Shown: positions 21,096 through 34,120 of the stretch, piece by piece
How the letters are laid out: the number at the start of each line of letters is the position of its first letter
Position numbering within the stretch: position 1 is the first letter of the stretch
Assembly: GCF_006345805.1 (NCBI RefSeq)
Contig: NW_021832811.1
Coordinates: 1-38,596, forward strand
DNA from: Octopus sinensis
Lineage: Eukaryota
Length of the DNA: 38,596 nucleotides
Reading direction: 5' to 3'
Notes under the pieces: model-generated
Databases searched by the model: none
What the model was told of the DNA's origin: nothing
What the model saw: the letters and a program-made list of their open reading frames with translations, nothing else
Made by a program: the position numbers and the translations under genes

Positions 21096-21840
21096 GACTT
21101 CAGAACTTAAAGACGGAAGAACAGAATAAAATAACCCTTTCTCCTATAGGCAAAATGCAAGTAAATTAAAGGGAGGGGTGCTTGTTGATTATATTGACCC
21201 CAGAACATGACTGGTACCTGTTTCATTGATTTTGAATGGATGAAAGGCAAAGTCGACCTCAGCAGAAATTGAACTGAGAACTTAGAGACAGAAGAACAAC
21301 AAAGAAATAGTCCTTTCTACAATAGACACAAGGCCTGAAATTTTGGGGAGGGATGGGACTAGCTGATTACTTTGACCCCAGAGTATGACTGGTACCTGTT
21401 TCATCGATTTTGAAAGATGAACGGCAAAGTCGACCTCAGCAGAAATTGAACTGAGAACTTAGAGACGGAAGAACAACAATGAAATAGTCCTTTCTACAAT
21501 AGGCACAATGCCTGAAATTTTGAGGAGGGATGGGACTAGCTGATTACTTTGACCCCAGAGTATGACTGATACCTGTTTCATCGATTTTGAAAGATGAACG
21601 GCAAAGTCGACCTCAGCAGAATTTGAACTGAGAACTTAGAGACGGAAGAAATAGTCCTTTCTACAATAAGCAGAAGACCTAAAATTTTGGAGAGAGATGG
21701 GGCTAGTTGATTACAATGACCCCAGAGCATGGCTGATACTTTCTTTTATTTTCATCGACTCCGAAAGGATGAAAAGAAGAAGTTGACCTTGGCGGTATTC
21801 GAACTCAGAACGTAAAGGCGGCGGAAGAACAACAACGAGA
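21096..21840 (-). repeat. SINE-A-derived tandem repeat, ~177-bp period, ~4 copies
   Basis: Anchor gtcgacctc/gttgacctt at 21252, 21429, 21606 and 21782. Confidence 0.92.
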
Positions 21841-22650
21841 TATAATAAGAGATGACAGCAATGGGAAAAGAAAGAGAAACTAAAACATTTTAAAATGCAT
21901 CGCAGTCTACGGGGAGAGTGGGGGTGATTGAGATGGGAGGTAAGCGGCTCGATGTGATGCAGCTTTTGTTAAGGAAGATATTAATAATCAATACTTTGAC
22001 AGTCGTCAGCCATTGCAGTGTTGTGTATGAATGATAACAACAACAAAGACAATAACAACAACAACGATAAGGATGAGAGCAACAAAATGAACAACAATAG
22101 AAGGGACGTCTGCTTAAAGAAAACAACGAAATAAATAAATAAAACCGACAACAACAACAACAACAACAATAACAAAATATAAAATGAACATCAATAAGAA
22201 CGATATGAGTAATTTAGCTACTGTGTTTTGTTCAGCAATCATTTATAGCTATTAAAACAGCTTTTTTTACTTAAATGCAGTTGACTGAACAATATGGCTG
22301 ACTTGTCTATAATTCACAGGAATCCGCGATTGATTTGTCAAGCAGTTAGACATGCTGCATGGATTATATACACCTGTGTGCATTTGTCTGTGTATGTATA
22401 ATAAATACATGGAGGAGAAGTGCAATAAGAAATGCGTTAGTGAATTAGTGACGGAGTTTCTGTCAGCCTTCGTGCAATCTGTCCAATCTGGAGTAACGCG
22501 TTCGAGTTCCAGGTGGAAGAGAATATATTGTCGTTCATTAAAAAGTGATACCTTTCGCTTGTTTTTTTGGGGTTTTTTTTTTATTTTCTTTGTGACTTTA
22601 TCAGATTTAAGAATTTAAAAAGGCTGTATAAAAAAGAAACTTCTAAAGAA

Positions 22651-22765
22651 AAACACACCAGCATCGGTTGTCAAGCGATTTGAGGACAAACACAGACACA
22701 CAAACATATACACACATACATACATATATACATACATGCATAAATATATATATATATATACATAT

Positions 22766-22797
<32 letters not shown>

Positions 22798-22980
22798 TAT
22801 ATATATATATATATATACGACGGGCTTCTTTCAGTTTCCGTCTACCAAATCCACTCGCAAGGCTTTGGTCGGCCCGAAGCTATAGTAGAAGACACTTGCC
22901 TAAGGTGCCACACAGTGGGACTGAACCCGGAACCATGTGGTTGGTAAGCAAGCTACTTACCACACAGCCACTCCTATGCT
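22651..22980 (-). mobile_element. SINE family B (3'-truncated)
   Basis: Clean reverse-complement head ..gtgggactgaacccggaaccatgtggttggtaagcaagctacttaccacacagccactcct. Confidence 0.88.
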
Positions 22981-23071
22981 TAAAATGATGAACAACTTTA
23001 ATCGATTTTCGAACCTTATTTGATTCTCAGCAGAGGCGTCTACATCATTCCGACACAATTGTCACATATAA

Positions 23072-23210
23072 AATATGCGACAATTAGTTGGTTGTCATAA
23101 TAAAACTCAGAGTTTCGGATACCGGGGCTGATGACATGCCGGAGCAGTCTTCAGCCTTGGTATCCGAAATTCTGAGTTTTATTATGACAATCAACTAATT
23201 GTCTCATATT
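23072..23210. repeat. 64-bp-arm inverted repeat (hairpin)
   Basis: Arms 23072-23135 and 23147-23210 with 6 mismatches; inner tgc-cgga-gca mini-stem. Confidence 0.95.
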
Positions 23211-23282
23211 ATATTTATAGATAAATTCCTCTATTTTACATAATATCGAGGTCTCATTCAATCTTTTGTTGTCATATTACTA

Positions 23283-23306
<24 letters not shown>

Positions 23307-23320
<14 letters not shown>

Positions 23321-23522
23321 ATTGAGGTAATCAGATCAGATGGTTCATATTTGTAGATATTTATTTATATATTACATTTTTTACATATATATCATATCAT
23401 TCGGATTAGCGCTTGCTCCCATTCTAGTGGGTTTTCAAATCAAATCAGTTGTGGGTAGTTTGAACCTTTTTATAGTTTCGTAGTAGTGGGTGAGGAGGAA
23501 GTGAGGCAGAGAGAAAATATGT

Positions 23523-23578
<56 letters not shown>

Positions 23579-23597
23579 ATTTATATCCAAACACACA

Positions 23598-23645
<48 letters not shown>

Positions 23646-23849
23646 CACACACAGACACACAGAGACACACACACACACACACACCTCCACAGAATGATCA
23701 TAGAAAGTGTGACCCCAAATGACATTTGCCAGGCCAACCTATGCACAACACACACTCAGTGACATTGAAATGGACAGCCAAAGTTCTTATAAAACCACAG
23801 GGGGTCCAGCAGACCAACGGAAATAACACTTCTTCACTCTCAGATATAA

Positions 23850-23903
<54 letters not shown>

Positions 23904-24117
23904 ACATATTTTCTCTCTGCCTCACTTCCTCCTCACCCCTACTACGAAACTATAAAAGGTTCAAACTACCCACAACTGATTTGATTTGAAAACCCACTAG
24001 AATGGGAGCAAGCGCTAATCCGAATGATATGATATATATGTAAAAAATGTAATATATAAATAAATATCTACAAATATGAACCATCTGATCTGATTACCTC
24101 AATTTTTCTAATATATA
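23307..24117. repeat. Near-perfect ~280-bp inverted duplication with ~255-bp spacer
   Basis: Arms 23307-23587 and 23843-24117 are reverse complements, including an internal (TG)n; only about two small differences were seen outside the microsatellite. Confidence 0.95.
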
Positions 24118-24148
24118 ATACCTGTACATCATCTCCAAACCTTCCGAT

Positions 24149-24226
<78 letters not shown>

Positions 24227-24399
24227 TGTTGTGTCAGTGTAGAGTCATTCTCTTTTGGTGCCGTTCTTTCTTTCTTGTCTTTGTGTAAAAGTATACTTCA
24301 GGGACTTTCCGCTATTTGGCTGCTGTTTCTAGCAAGTCGAACACATCCACTTGGAAGTTCTTCTCTTAAGTTCCGTAACAACCATAACAGCAACAGCAA

Positions 24400-24806
24400 T
24401 CCTTTCTTTTACAGGCACAAGGCCTGAAAAGATTTTTGGTGGAGTGGGTGTTGGAAGTCGATTATACTGACCCCCAGTACTCAACCACAAATTATTTCAT
24501 CGAACCCCGAGGGAATGAACGGCAAAATCAACATCACCGTAATTTGAACTCAGAACTTTAAACCGAAAGAAACACCGCCAAACATTTTGTCCGGATTGCT
24601 AACGATCCTGCCGGTTTAACGCCTAAACAATGATTATCCTTTCTTATTTTGACACACAGCCAGCAATTTCGAAGCCGACTATATCGACCCCAGTGTTCAA
24701 CTGGTACCCCGGAAAAATGAACAGCAAGGTTGACCTCAGCGGAATTCGAACTTAGTACGTAAAAAAAGCCGGAAGAAATGATGCTAAACATTTTGTCCGC
24801 CGTGCT
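24400..24806 (-). mobile_element. Two degraded SINE family A copies
   Basis: aggcacaaggcctgaaa..gacccccagtac..tttgaactcagaac; atcgaccccagtg..gttgacctcagcggaattcgaac. Confidence 0.75.
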
Positions 24807-25172
24807 ATATATAAAAAAAAAGCAAACACAAAAAAGAACAAATAACAGCAAAAAATAGTAAAGGTTTGACGATCGCTGCAATAGGTGTGATGGAGCGTAA
24901 GTCGATATAATATAAATAGGATCGCTAATCTGTGTGTTTTGCTAAGGAGAAACACATAGTTCTTTGGCTTCATCTTTCATAATATTTATTGTCTATTTCC
25001 ATAAAGACGGCGGCAAGATCATACAAATATATTTTGCAGTGTTCATTGTTGAGTTCTGTTTCTACTTTTTTGGGGTGTTTTTTTCTTTCGTCTTTTCATT
25101 TTTTTTTCACGATATAACGAAAATGAAAAATGAACAAAATAAAAACGTTCCCGACGAATAATAACGACGATG

Positions 25173-25184
25173 ATAATAATAATA

Positions 25185-25237
<53 letters not shown>

Positions 25238-25385
25238 GTAATGAATAAATAAAACAATCTGTTGCTTATCTCACGCCTCTCTCTCTATCTGTAAATATAT
25301 ACAAATAAATAAATGCATACATACGTACATACATATATACATACATATATACATACAATACATATAACATATAAATATATATACG

Positions 25386-25469
<84 letters not shown>

Positions 25470-25622
25470 GTGTGTGTGTGTATATATGTGTTGTGTGTGT
25501 GTGTGGTGTGTGGTGTGTTTATCAAAACCTTTGTACTGATAGTCTTCGGCATTACTCGTATCTATCTCTCCATCTGTCTACTTGATTCTTATGTACATCT
25601 ATGTGTTTCGCTCTATATAAAG

Positions 25623-25688
<66 letters not shown>

Positions 25689-25905
25689 ATGTACACGCAT
25701 GCATATATGTATACATATATGTCCATAACAGTATTTACAGGGATTGATATACACACAGAGACACATATACAAATATATATATATATATATATACAAATAT
25801 GCATACAGAGACACATATACACACATATATACGTATGCATAAACATATATACACATATATCCACACACGTACACACATGTATATATACATATACACACAT
25901 ATCAT
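25173..25905. repeat. (AAT)n and (TA)n/(CA)n microsatellite mosaic
   Basis: Direct inspection. Confidence 0.9.
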
Positions 25906-26309
25906 AAAATAAGTAGTTAATAGTGTTGTATTTTCTTTTGGTTTATCTTATGTGGCTATTTGATGATGGCTTCCATTCAAACGAAACGCCATTACTATTC
26001 CATCTTCTTTTTTTCCTACTGATACCCCTGTTTGCTTTTTTACTGTATTTATTTATTAGGTTTCCTATAACGTCGTATGGTTTTATAATCTTTTTATTTT
26101 ACCTCTTTGGTATGCTTTGGCCTGGAAATAGGATCGTCTCTTACTTCAAACAAACTTCTGTTGTGTTTTTAGTGTTGTAACTTACACAAAACATAGTTGT
26201 TCTTAAAAAAAAAAGAGAAACGCCCAAAAAACAGAACTCCAAAAAACGAAACGAAACAACGTTTTTTCTTTCATACAATGACTTTATAATACTTGTTTAT
26301 GGACAGGCT

Positions 26310-26493
26310 CATATGTAAATATATATATTTCTCTGCATGTGTGCATTTTGTGTATCTGTATATGTATAATAATAATGTCTATATGTATGCATACCTACAT
26401 GCAAACATGTGTATATTTTTGTATATGTTTGTGTATATTATATATATATATATTATATATAATATATCTGTCTCTCTCTATATATAAACATAC

Positions 26494-26539
<46 letters not shown>

Positions 26540-26644
26540 ATATATATAATATATATATAATATATATATATATAATATATATATATATATATACATATAT
26601 ACATACATACATAGATGTATATATACGTACACACACATATATAT

Positions 26645-26712
<68 letters not shown>

Positions 26713-26904
26713 TATATATATACATATATACATACATACATAGATGTATATATACGTACACACACATATTTATATATATATATATATATATACATATATA
26801 TACGTAAATATTTATGTACATATACATCAACATATGTACATATGTACACAGACATTTATCTCAGAAATAAAAATGACCTAAAACTAAAAGTTTTAGCTGC
26901 TTCC

Positions 26905-26947
<43 letters not shown>

Positions 26948-27800
26948 GTGTGTGTGTGTGTGTGTGTGTGTGTATGCACATACGCATGTATGTATATACT
27001 AACTTATACATATAAATATGTATGAATATATGAATATTTATATACATACATAGACACATACACAGATACAGATATATGCATATGTGCAGGTATATACACA
27101 CATACATATATACATATTTATGTATATACATAGAGAGCAACATATTATCATTTACACAAACATTTATCTTAGTAATAAAAAAAATGACCGGAAGCTAAAA
27201 ATAGCAACCTGCATGTGTATGCCTATGTATGTATGTATGTATGTATGTATGTGTGTATATATATATATATGTGTGTGTGAGTGTGTGTGTGTTTGTATGT
27301 ATATATGTATGCATGTGTATGTATATATGTTTGTATGTATGTGTGTATGTATGTATTTATCTGTCTGTATGTATGTATTTATACGAACATACACACACAT
27401 ACACGCATATACAAGCACATATGTGTATGCATATGTATGTATATGTATGCATGTATGTATGTGTGTGTATGTATAAGTGTATGTATATATATATGTGTGT
27501 GTGTGTATGTATATATGTATGCAAGTGTATGTATATATGTTTGTATGTATGTGTGTATGTATGTATTTTTCTCTCTGTCGGTCTGTATGTATGTATACGA
27601 ACAAACAAACACACACACTCACACACACACACATACAAGCACAGACATGTATTTGCATGCACTTACACTCGATGTGTATATATGTTTTTTGTACCTATAT
27701 ACACATGCAATCACGTGTTTTCACATATACAAATTACACACACACACACACACACATATATAATATATATGTATATACATATATACATACATACACCTAC
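26310..27800. repeat. ~1.5-kb (TA)n/(ATGT)n/(TG)n alternating purine-pyrimidine tract
   Basis: Direct inspection; contains higher-order duplications. Confidence 0.92.
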
Positions 27801-28756
27801 GCATTGATACCAATGTGTGCATAAAACTTTTTTCTTCAATCAAACAATCGTTTTATTCCTGTTGTATTTCACAATTTACTACTATTTTGATATATTTATT
27901 TATTTACCATTTTTATGTCCCTTTTTCTGATGTTTATATTCTATTTCTGTTTGTTTCCTAATTCCAAACATCTTCATTGTCTATTTTATCCATTTCCTTC
28001 TTGAACACCTATTATTCCTCTCCTCACCTCATCTCCACGACAGACACCATCTCATCTAACCTCAATACGTTCGCTTGTTTGCTTGCTCATCTTATGTCTT
28101 CTCACACTGCCCACACTACCGCAAACCCATCCTGACACCCTGACTCTCTTATTTTTTTTGCTTTTATTCTCCGTCTTCTCCATCAAACCATTCTTATGCT
28201 CATCATTAATGTTGGTAAAAATATATTTATTCCTCTATTTTTATATGCAAATAATGGACGGAATCTGTTGTACTTTCCTCTCTTTTGATAGTTTTTATCT
28301 AGTCTGGTCTGATTTGGTCTCGTGATATTTGAATATTCTGGACACACGCAAACACATACACACACACACATACAATAATACAAATGCGTACATGCACATA
28401 TTCGTACACGCATGAGCTCACATGTATATACGCACACTCGCCATAAAAGGTTCGACAAAAAAACACAAACCGAAAATGTCTGCTGACGAGAAATAAGTTC
28501 TATCGCTGACATAAGTTATTGCTTCCGAATATTTTTAGCTCATCCATGAAGATAAAAGTTTAGGAAACATGCCGCTGTTTGTTTTCCCTTGCTCTTCTTC
28601 TTAACCTTCTAAACGACTAAATTGTCTCGCCAAGTCTTGTAGCAGACAGGAATAACATGAATAACGAATTAATTTCAACTTATCCAAGTTTACGTAACCC
28701 TTCTTGTTGACTGTTGCTGCTTGTCTTTTATTTGGCGTTATTCTTTGTACTTATTA

Positions 28757-30030
28757 AGGCGGTGCGTTGGTAGAATCGCTCGCACATAAGACTGGAGAAA
28801 AATTGCCAACTGGCTTTGCTTCTAAATCTGTACGACGCGAGTTCAAACCCACCTCGCCGAGGCGACTTTAATATTTATCATTTTAAGTTCGGTTTAGATA
28901 ATCGAGAAACCCCCCACTCCTTAAAATTGCTGGCCTTGTACAAAAATTTCCAGTCATTATCATTTTAGGGAAGTGAGCTGGCCGATTCGATAACACAGCG
29001 AACCAAACGTTTAGTAGTATTTCGGTCGTCTTTACATTATGAGTTCAAATTCTGGCGAGGTTGGCTTTACTTTTTATCCTTTTGGGGATCGATCAAATAA
29101 GTACCAGTTATACACTGGGGTCCGTGTAATCGACTGATCCCTCTCCCAAATTTCAGGTCTCGTGCCCATAGTAGAAAGATGCATTAAGGCAGTGGGCTGG
29201 CAGAATCGTTAGCGCCACGGACAAAATGCTTAGCAGCATTTGTTCCGAATCTTTATTCTTTAAATTCGAATGCTGCCAAAGTTGCCTTTCATCTTCTCGG
29301 GGAAGATGGGGAAGGAGGAGTAAAATAAGAACAAATTTCGCACTGGGATCTACAATATCGACTAGCAGTCCCTTCCCTCAAAATTTCACGTCTAGTCCTT
29401 ATTATTACAGAGGCGAGCTTATAGAAGAGGTTGCGTGTCCGGCAAAATACTTAGCGGCTTTTTTTTATTCAGCTCTTACGTTCACAATTCAAAAGCGGTT
29501 AAGGTCTACTTTGCCTCTTGTCTCTCAGGGTCGATAAAATAAAATACCAGTCAAGGACCATGGTTGAGGTTGACGATTAGTTCTAAAATTACTGACCTTT
29601 TGCCAAGAGTTGAAATAAATGGTAGCAAATTGGCAGACAAAATATTTAGCGACATTACTTCCGGGTCTTTAGGTTACGAGTTCACATTCCGCCGTGGTCA
29701 GATTTGATTTTAATCCTTTCTATGTTCATAAATAAGTACTACTTGATTCTAGAATCGATCTAGTCGACTAACCACTATCTAAAATTGCTCTCCTTGTGCC
29801 AAAGTTAGAAATAATTATAATCAGTTTAAGGTGGCTAGCTGGCAGAGTCGTTAGCACTCTTGTCAAAGTGATTGGTGACATTTCTTCTAGCACTTTAGGT
29901 TCTGTGTTCGATTTACACCAAGGCCAACTTCGCCGTTCATCCTTTCTGGGCCGATAAAAATAAATGACCAATCATGTGAATATGGTCGTCCAATCCCCAC
30001 TGCCAAAAAATGATTCAAATTTTTAAAAAT
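28757..30030 (+). mobile_element. Cluster of about six old head-to-tail SINE family A copies
   Basis: Heads near 28757, 28966, 29186, 29410, 29620 and 29828, each followed by gagttcaaa-like, tcgataaaataag-like and aaattgctggccttgt-like motifs. Confidence 0.75.
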
Positions 30031-30462
30031 AATTATTTGTGCTAGTTTTATTTATTTATGTTCTGTCGTTCCTGCAAGTTCTTTGGTTATTAATTCTTTT
30101 ATCCTCTTATCCTTCAGCCATTGGACTTGCGACCAAGTCAGAGCACCTCTTTGAAGGTAACATTCTTGCATGTTCAAAGAGACAACATCCTGAAATATGG
30201 AAGGCAGGATTCCATCCAGCCATTCGTCAGAAGATATTCGTAACAAACCAGTAGACATAAAAATGGATCCAATTCTTTGATTATAAACCTTGTCCCAAAT
30301 CAATAATTTAAGTCCCATCCTGGTTTACATCACCCTCAATCGAGCAGTCACTCTAGAAACCATCTCTTTAATTTTTTTTTACTATGGACCATTTTCATTC
30401 GTCTTTTACTTACATGGCTCCTCATAGCCATTCCATATTTAAAATGAATAAAAAAAAAAAAA

Positions 30463-30727
30463 AGGCATGTGCCTTAGTGGTTCGGAGGGGTGGGGATGAA
30501 CTTGTGATCCTACAATTGCGGTTTCGATTCCTGGACTGGGCGACGCGTTCTGTTCTTGAATAAAATACTTCATTTCACGTTGCTCCAGTCTACTCAGCCG
30601 TCAAAAAGGAATAACCCTGCGACGACGGATCGGTGTCCCGTCCAGGTTGGGAATATATACGCCATGGAAACCGGGAAACCGGCTTTTATGAGTGGGCAAA
30701 ACTCGAATAGGTAACTTTACTTTTTAC
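30463..30727 (+). mobile_element. tRNA-derived SINE family C
   Basis: ggcatgtgccttagtggtt (A-box)..ggtttcgattcctgg (B-box)..cacgttgctccagtctactcagc..accctgcgacg..gtcccgtccagg..ggaaaccgg. Confidence 0.8.
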
Positions 30728-30934
30728 ATTTTGTACATACACTCAACTGCATTTGTACATAAATATGTGCGTGTATATGAATGGGTTTAATAGAACAAAC
30801 ATGAGAAGAGTGCTCAGGGCATGAGTATATTGAATTTTATTAATATTTCGTCGGCAGAAGCTATAAAGAGACGCAAAGGTCCATAGATTCGTGCATCCCA
30901 TTTGCACGAAACCCCTTGGACTTGTAACGTCTTT

Positions 30935-31532
30935 CATACCAACTCATAAAATCCGGTTCCTCGTTTTCCTGGTGGTTACAGGGTGATTCGAAAGTCTCCA
31001 TACATAGGAAAAATTTATTCTTTTATAAGAAACAGTTTTTTATATCCCCTAGATTCCCTTATCTGACTCCTCTTGATTTCTATCTTTGGGGGCATTTGAA
31101 AGGTATGGTGTATCGCGAAAAGAAAAGACATAAATCATTTGAAAGAAAGCATCACCAACTCCTTTGCACACGTATCACCAGATGTGTTATTATGAGTTCA
31201 CCATGAGTGGGGTAAACGTATTGCAATGTGTATTCAAAACAATGGTAACCATATAGAGCCTGTTAAATAAAAAAACCCAGTTCTTATACACTGTTACTTA
31301 TAAAAAGATAAATTATCCCTATGTATGGTGACTTTTGAATCACCCTTTATATTCCCCACCTGGACGGGACAAGGGGTCCGTCGCAAGGTTACCCACTTAA
31401 GTCAGCTGAGTGGACAAAATTGAAATGAAGTGTTTTGCTCAAGAATGCAACGCGTAGCCCGATCCAGGAATCGAAACTACAATCTTACAATCAAGAGTCC
31501 TACACCCTAACCACTAAGCCACGCGCCTCCAC
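30935..31532 (-). mobile_element. SINE family C, split by a Tc1/mariner insertion
   Basis: 31350-31532 and 30935-30978 are contiguous parts of the reverse complement of the 30463 copy, joined at the TA target. Confidence 0.8.
30979..31347 (+). mobile_element. Internally deleted Tc1/mariner-superfamily element (MITE-like) with TIRs and TA TSD
   Basis: TIRs cagggtgattcgaaagtctccatacatagg / cctatgtatggtgacttttgaatcaccct; TA at 30977-78 and 31348-49. Interior encodes PRFPYLTPLDFYLWGHLKGMVYREK../..LKESITNSF..W.KRIAMCIQNNGNHIE, matching the PRSPDLTPLDF.LWG transposase C-terminus. Confidence 0.9.
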
Positions 31533-31629
31533 GGAGTATACATGGTTGGAGGCTATCTATTTAGAATAAGCCAACGGAATATAACTCTAAATTCTTATCT
31601 AATAGGAATTATAACAGAATTTATATATA

Positions 31630-31873
31630 AAGATTGTTTGCCAACATAACATGGCAGTCCTGGTTTAGGACGAATGTTGCTGTAATTTAGCCCCAGGAGA
31701 CATTGTCTCAAGCTGGCTATACGACACGATCTGTGTCCTTATATTTTCGAACAAGGGAATATAAGGAGACAGATCGTGTCGTATTGCCAGCTGCAGACGA
31801 TATCTCCTGGGGCTAAATTACAGCAATATTCGTCCTAAACTAGGACTGCCATGTTATGTTGGCAAAAAATCTT
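31630..31873. mobile_element. Fold-back (palindromic MITE-like) element with 116-bp arms
   Basis: Arms 31630-31745 and 31758-31873 with 9 mismatches and a 12-nt centre; TSD not clear. Confidence 0.75.
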
Positions 31874-32695
31874 TTACTACAAAGTGCTGTTGCTGAATAT
31901 CTCACGACTATTGCTATTTTAAATTACTATTTTTAAATGACAATTTTTAGGTCTCATGAGTTTTCAAAATAGTAATTTTCTAAGAATTTATATAGTAACC
32001 GTTGAGACTGACAAAGTTTTGAAAACCTAACTGTGAGTAAGACGGTAAACGTTTGGAATACATTCACCGCATGTTTAATAAATACGTAGCAAAAATATTT
32101 GCTATCGCAGAGGAAAATATGAGCCACGGATAAACCATAGAAGTTTTAATTGTTAAAGATAGTTAAAAGTCAAACCTAAGATGATATCTGCAAGTTTCGA
32201 TTCTTATTAAACATTCATCACGGATCATTTGCTCTCATGTTGCATTTGACAAAGTTATGGAGAATATTTGTACTCATAAATTATGCAAACCATTTTTTAA
32301 AAAAAAGAACAATCATATATCCGATCCGTTTAGAAGCAATTTCATTGCACAGCTTTCGGCTGCACACTTTTAAGTGCAACTACAATCAGTAACAGACAAA
32401 AAACAATACCTAGGGTATATATATGTGTGTGTGTGTGGAACGAGTAGTGACTTTTTAAGTGGAAACACGTGGCTGTAATAACGGTGGTACAATGCGCAGT
32501 GATATTGACTGGAAGTGTACGTAGCTTAATATATAATTGACTAAACACCTCTTTTGCACAATGAAGCGACAGCTTTAACAAGAAGCGAATTGTCTTGGGT
32601 ATCATTATCTACGATTTAGCAGTGATGGTCGGTGTTAATATGTCTATTGTTTGAGTGTGTCAGAAGTCTTGACAACAATAGCACATAACAACAAC

Positions 32696-32730
<35 letters not shown>

Positions 32731-33113
32731 TAAGCAAATCGACCAGTGAAACAACTCCGAGTGTTGTAACAACAACAACAACAACGACAATAGCTGCAAC
32801 AACAACAATTCCAATGGCGACTAGTATTTCTATTATAACTACTATTATTACAATAACGGCAATTAGTTTAACAAAACACGGCTTAACAACGGGCGCGTGT
32901 TTGTGGTTAAGGGGCCGATAATCGCTTAAGACGAAACGATTGATGTTTTCCCCAGCGACGCCTACACCTTTCTCTTCCCGTCATGCATTTTTTATTCCGG
33001 TTTAAAATATACTTATAATCTGCATTTTTCATCTCTGGTGCATTTAGCGGCACGGCATTGTTGTATTTAAATATTTTATCAGCACCACCAGCGATCACCA
33101 TCGCCACAACTAC

Positions 33114-33839
<726 letters not shown>

Positions 33840-34120
33840 CTTGTATCATTCTGCACAACATCAAAGGACGTAATGCAACATACAATAAGGTGGGGGTTTA
33901 ATAATAAATAATAACCTTTATCAACGTTATAATCGTCATCATCATTATCATCAACATCGCCATACAAAGCTACCACCTCCATAACCATCAGCATCCTCCT
34001 CCTCCTCCTCCTCCTCGTCATCATCATCATCATCAATACGAACACTGACACTGTTCAGTATGTCGATGTCTTCACCTGTCGTGATGTCTTTCCTTTTAAC
34101 ACTACATACATATAAATACA

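Noticed and set aside
28482-28510. CTGACGA followed by a small stem (similar boxes on the minus strand near 18795 and 30225)
   Set aside because: No correctly placed GAAA and UH elements
32375-32386. 12-nt match to miR-33 on the minus strand
   Set aside because: Seed region does not match and there is no star arm
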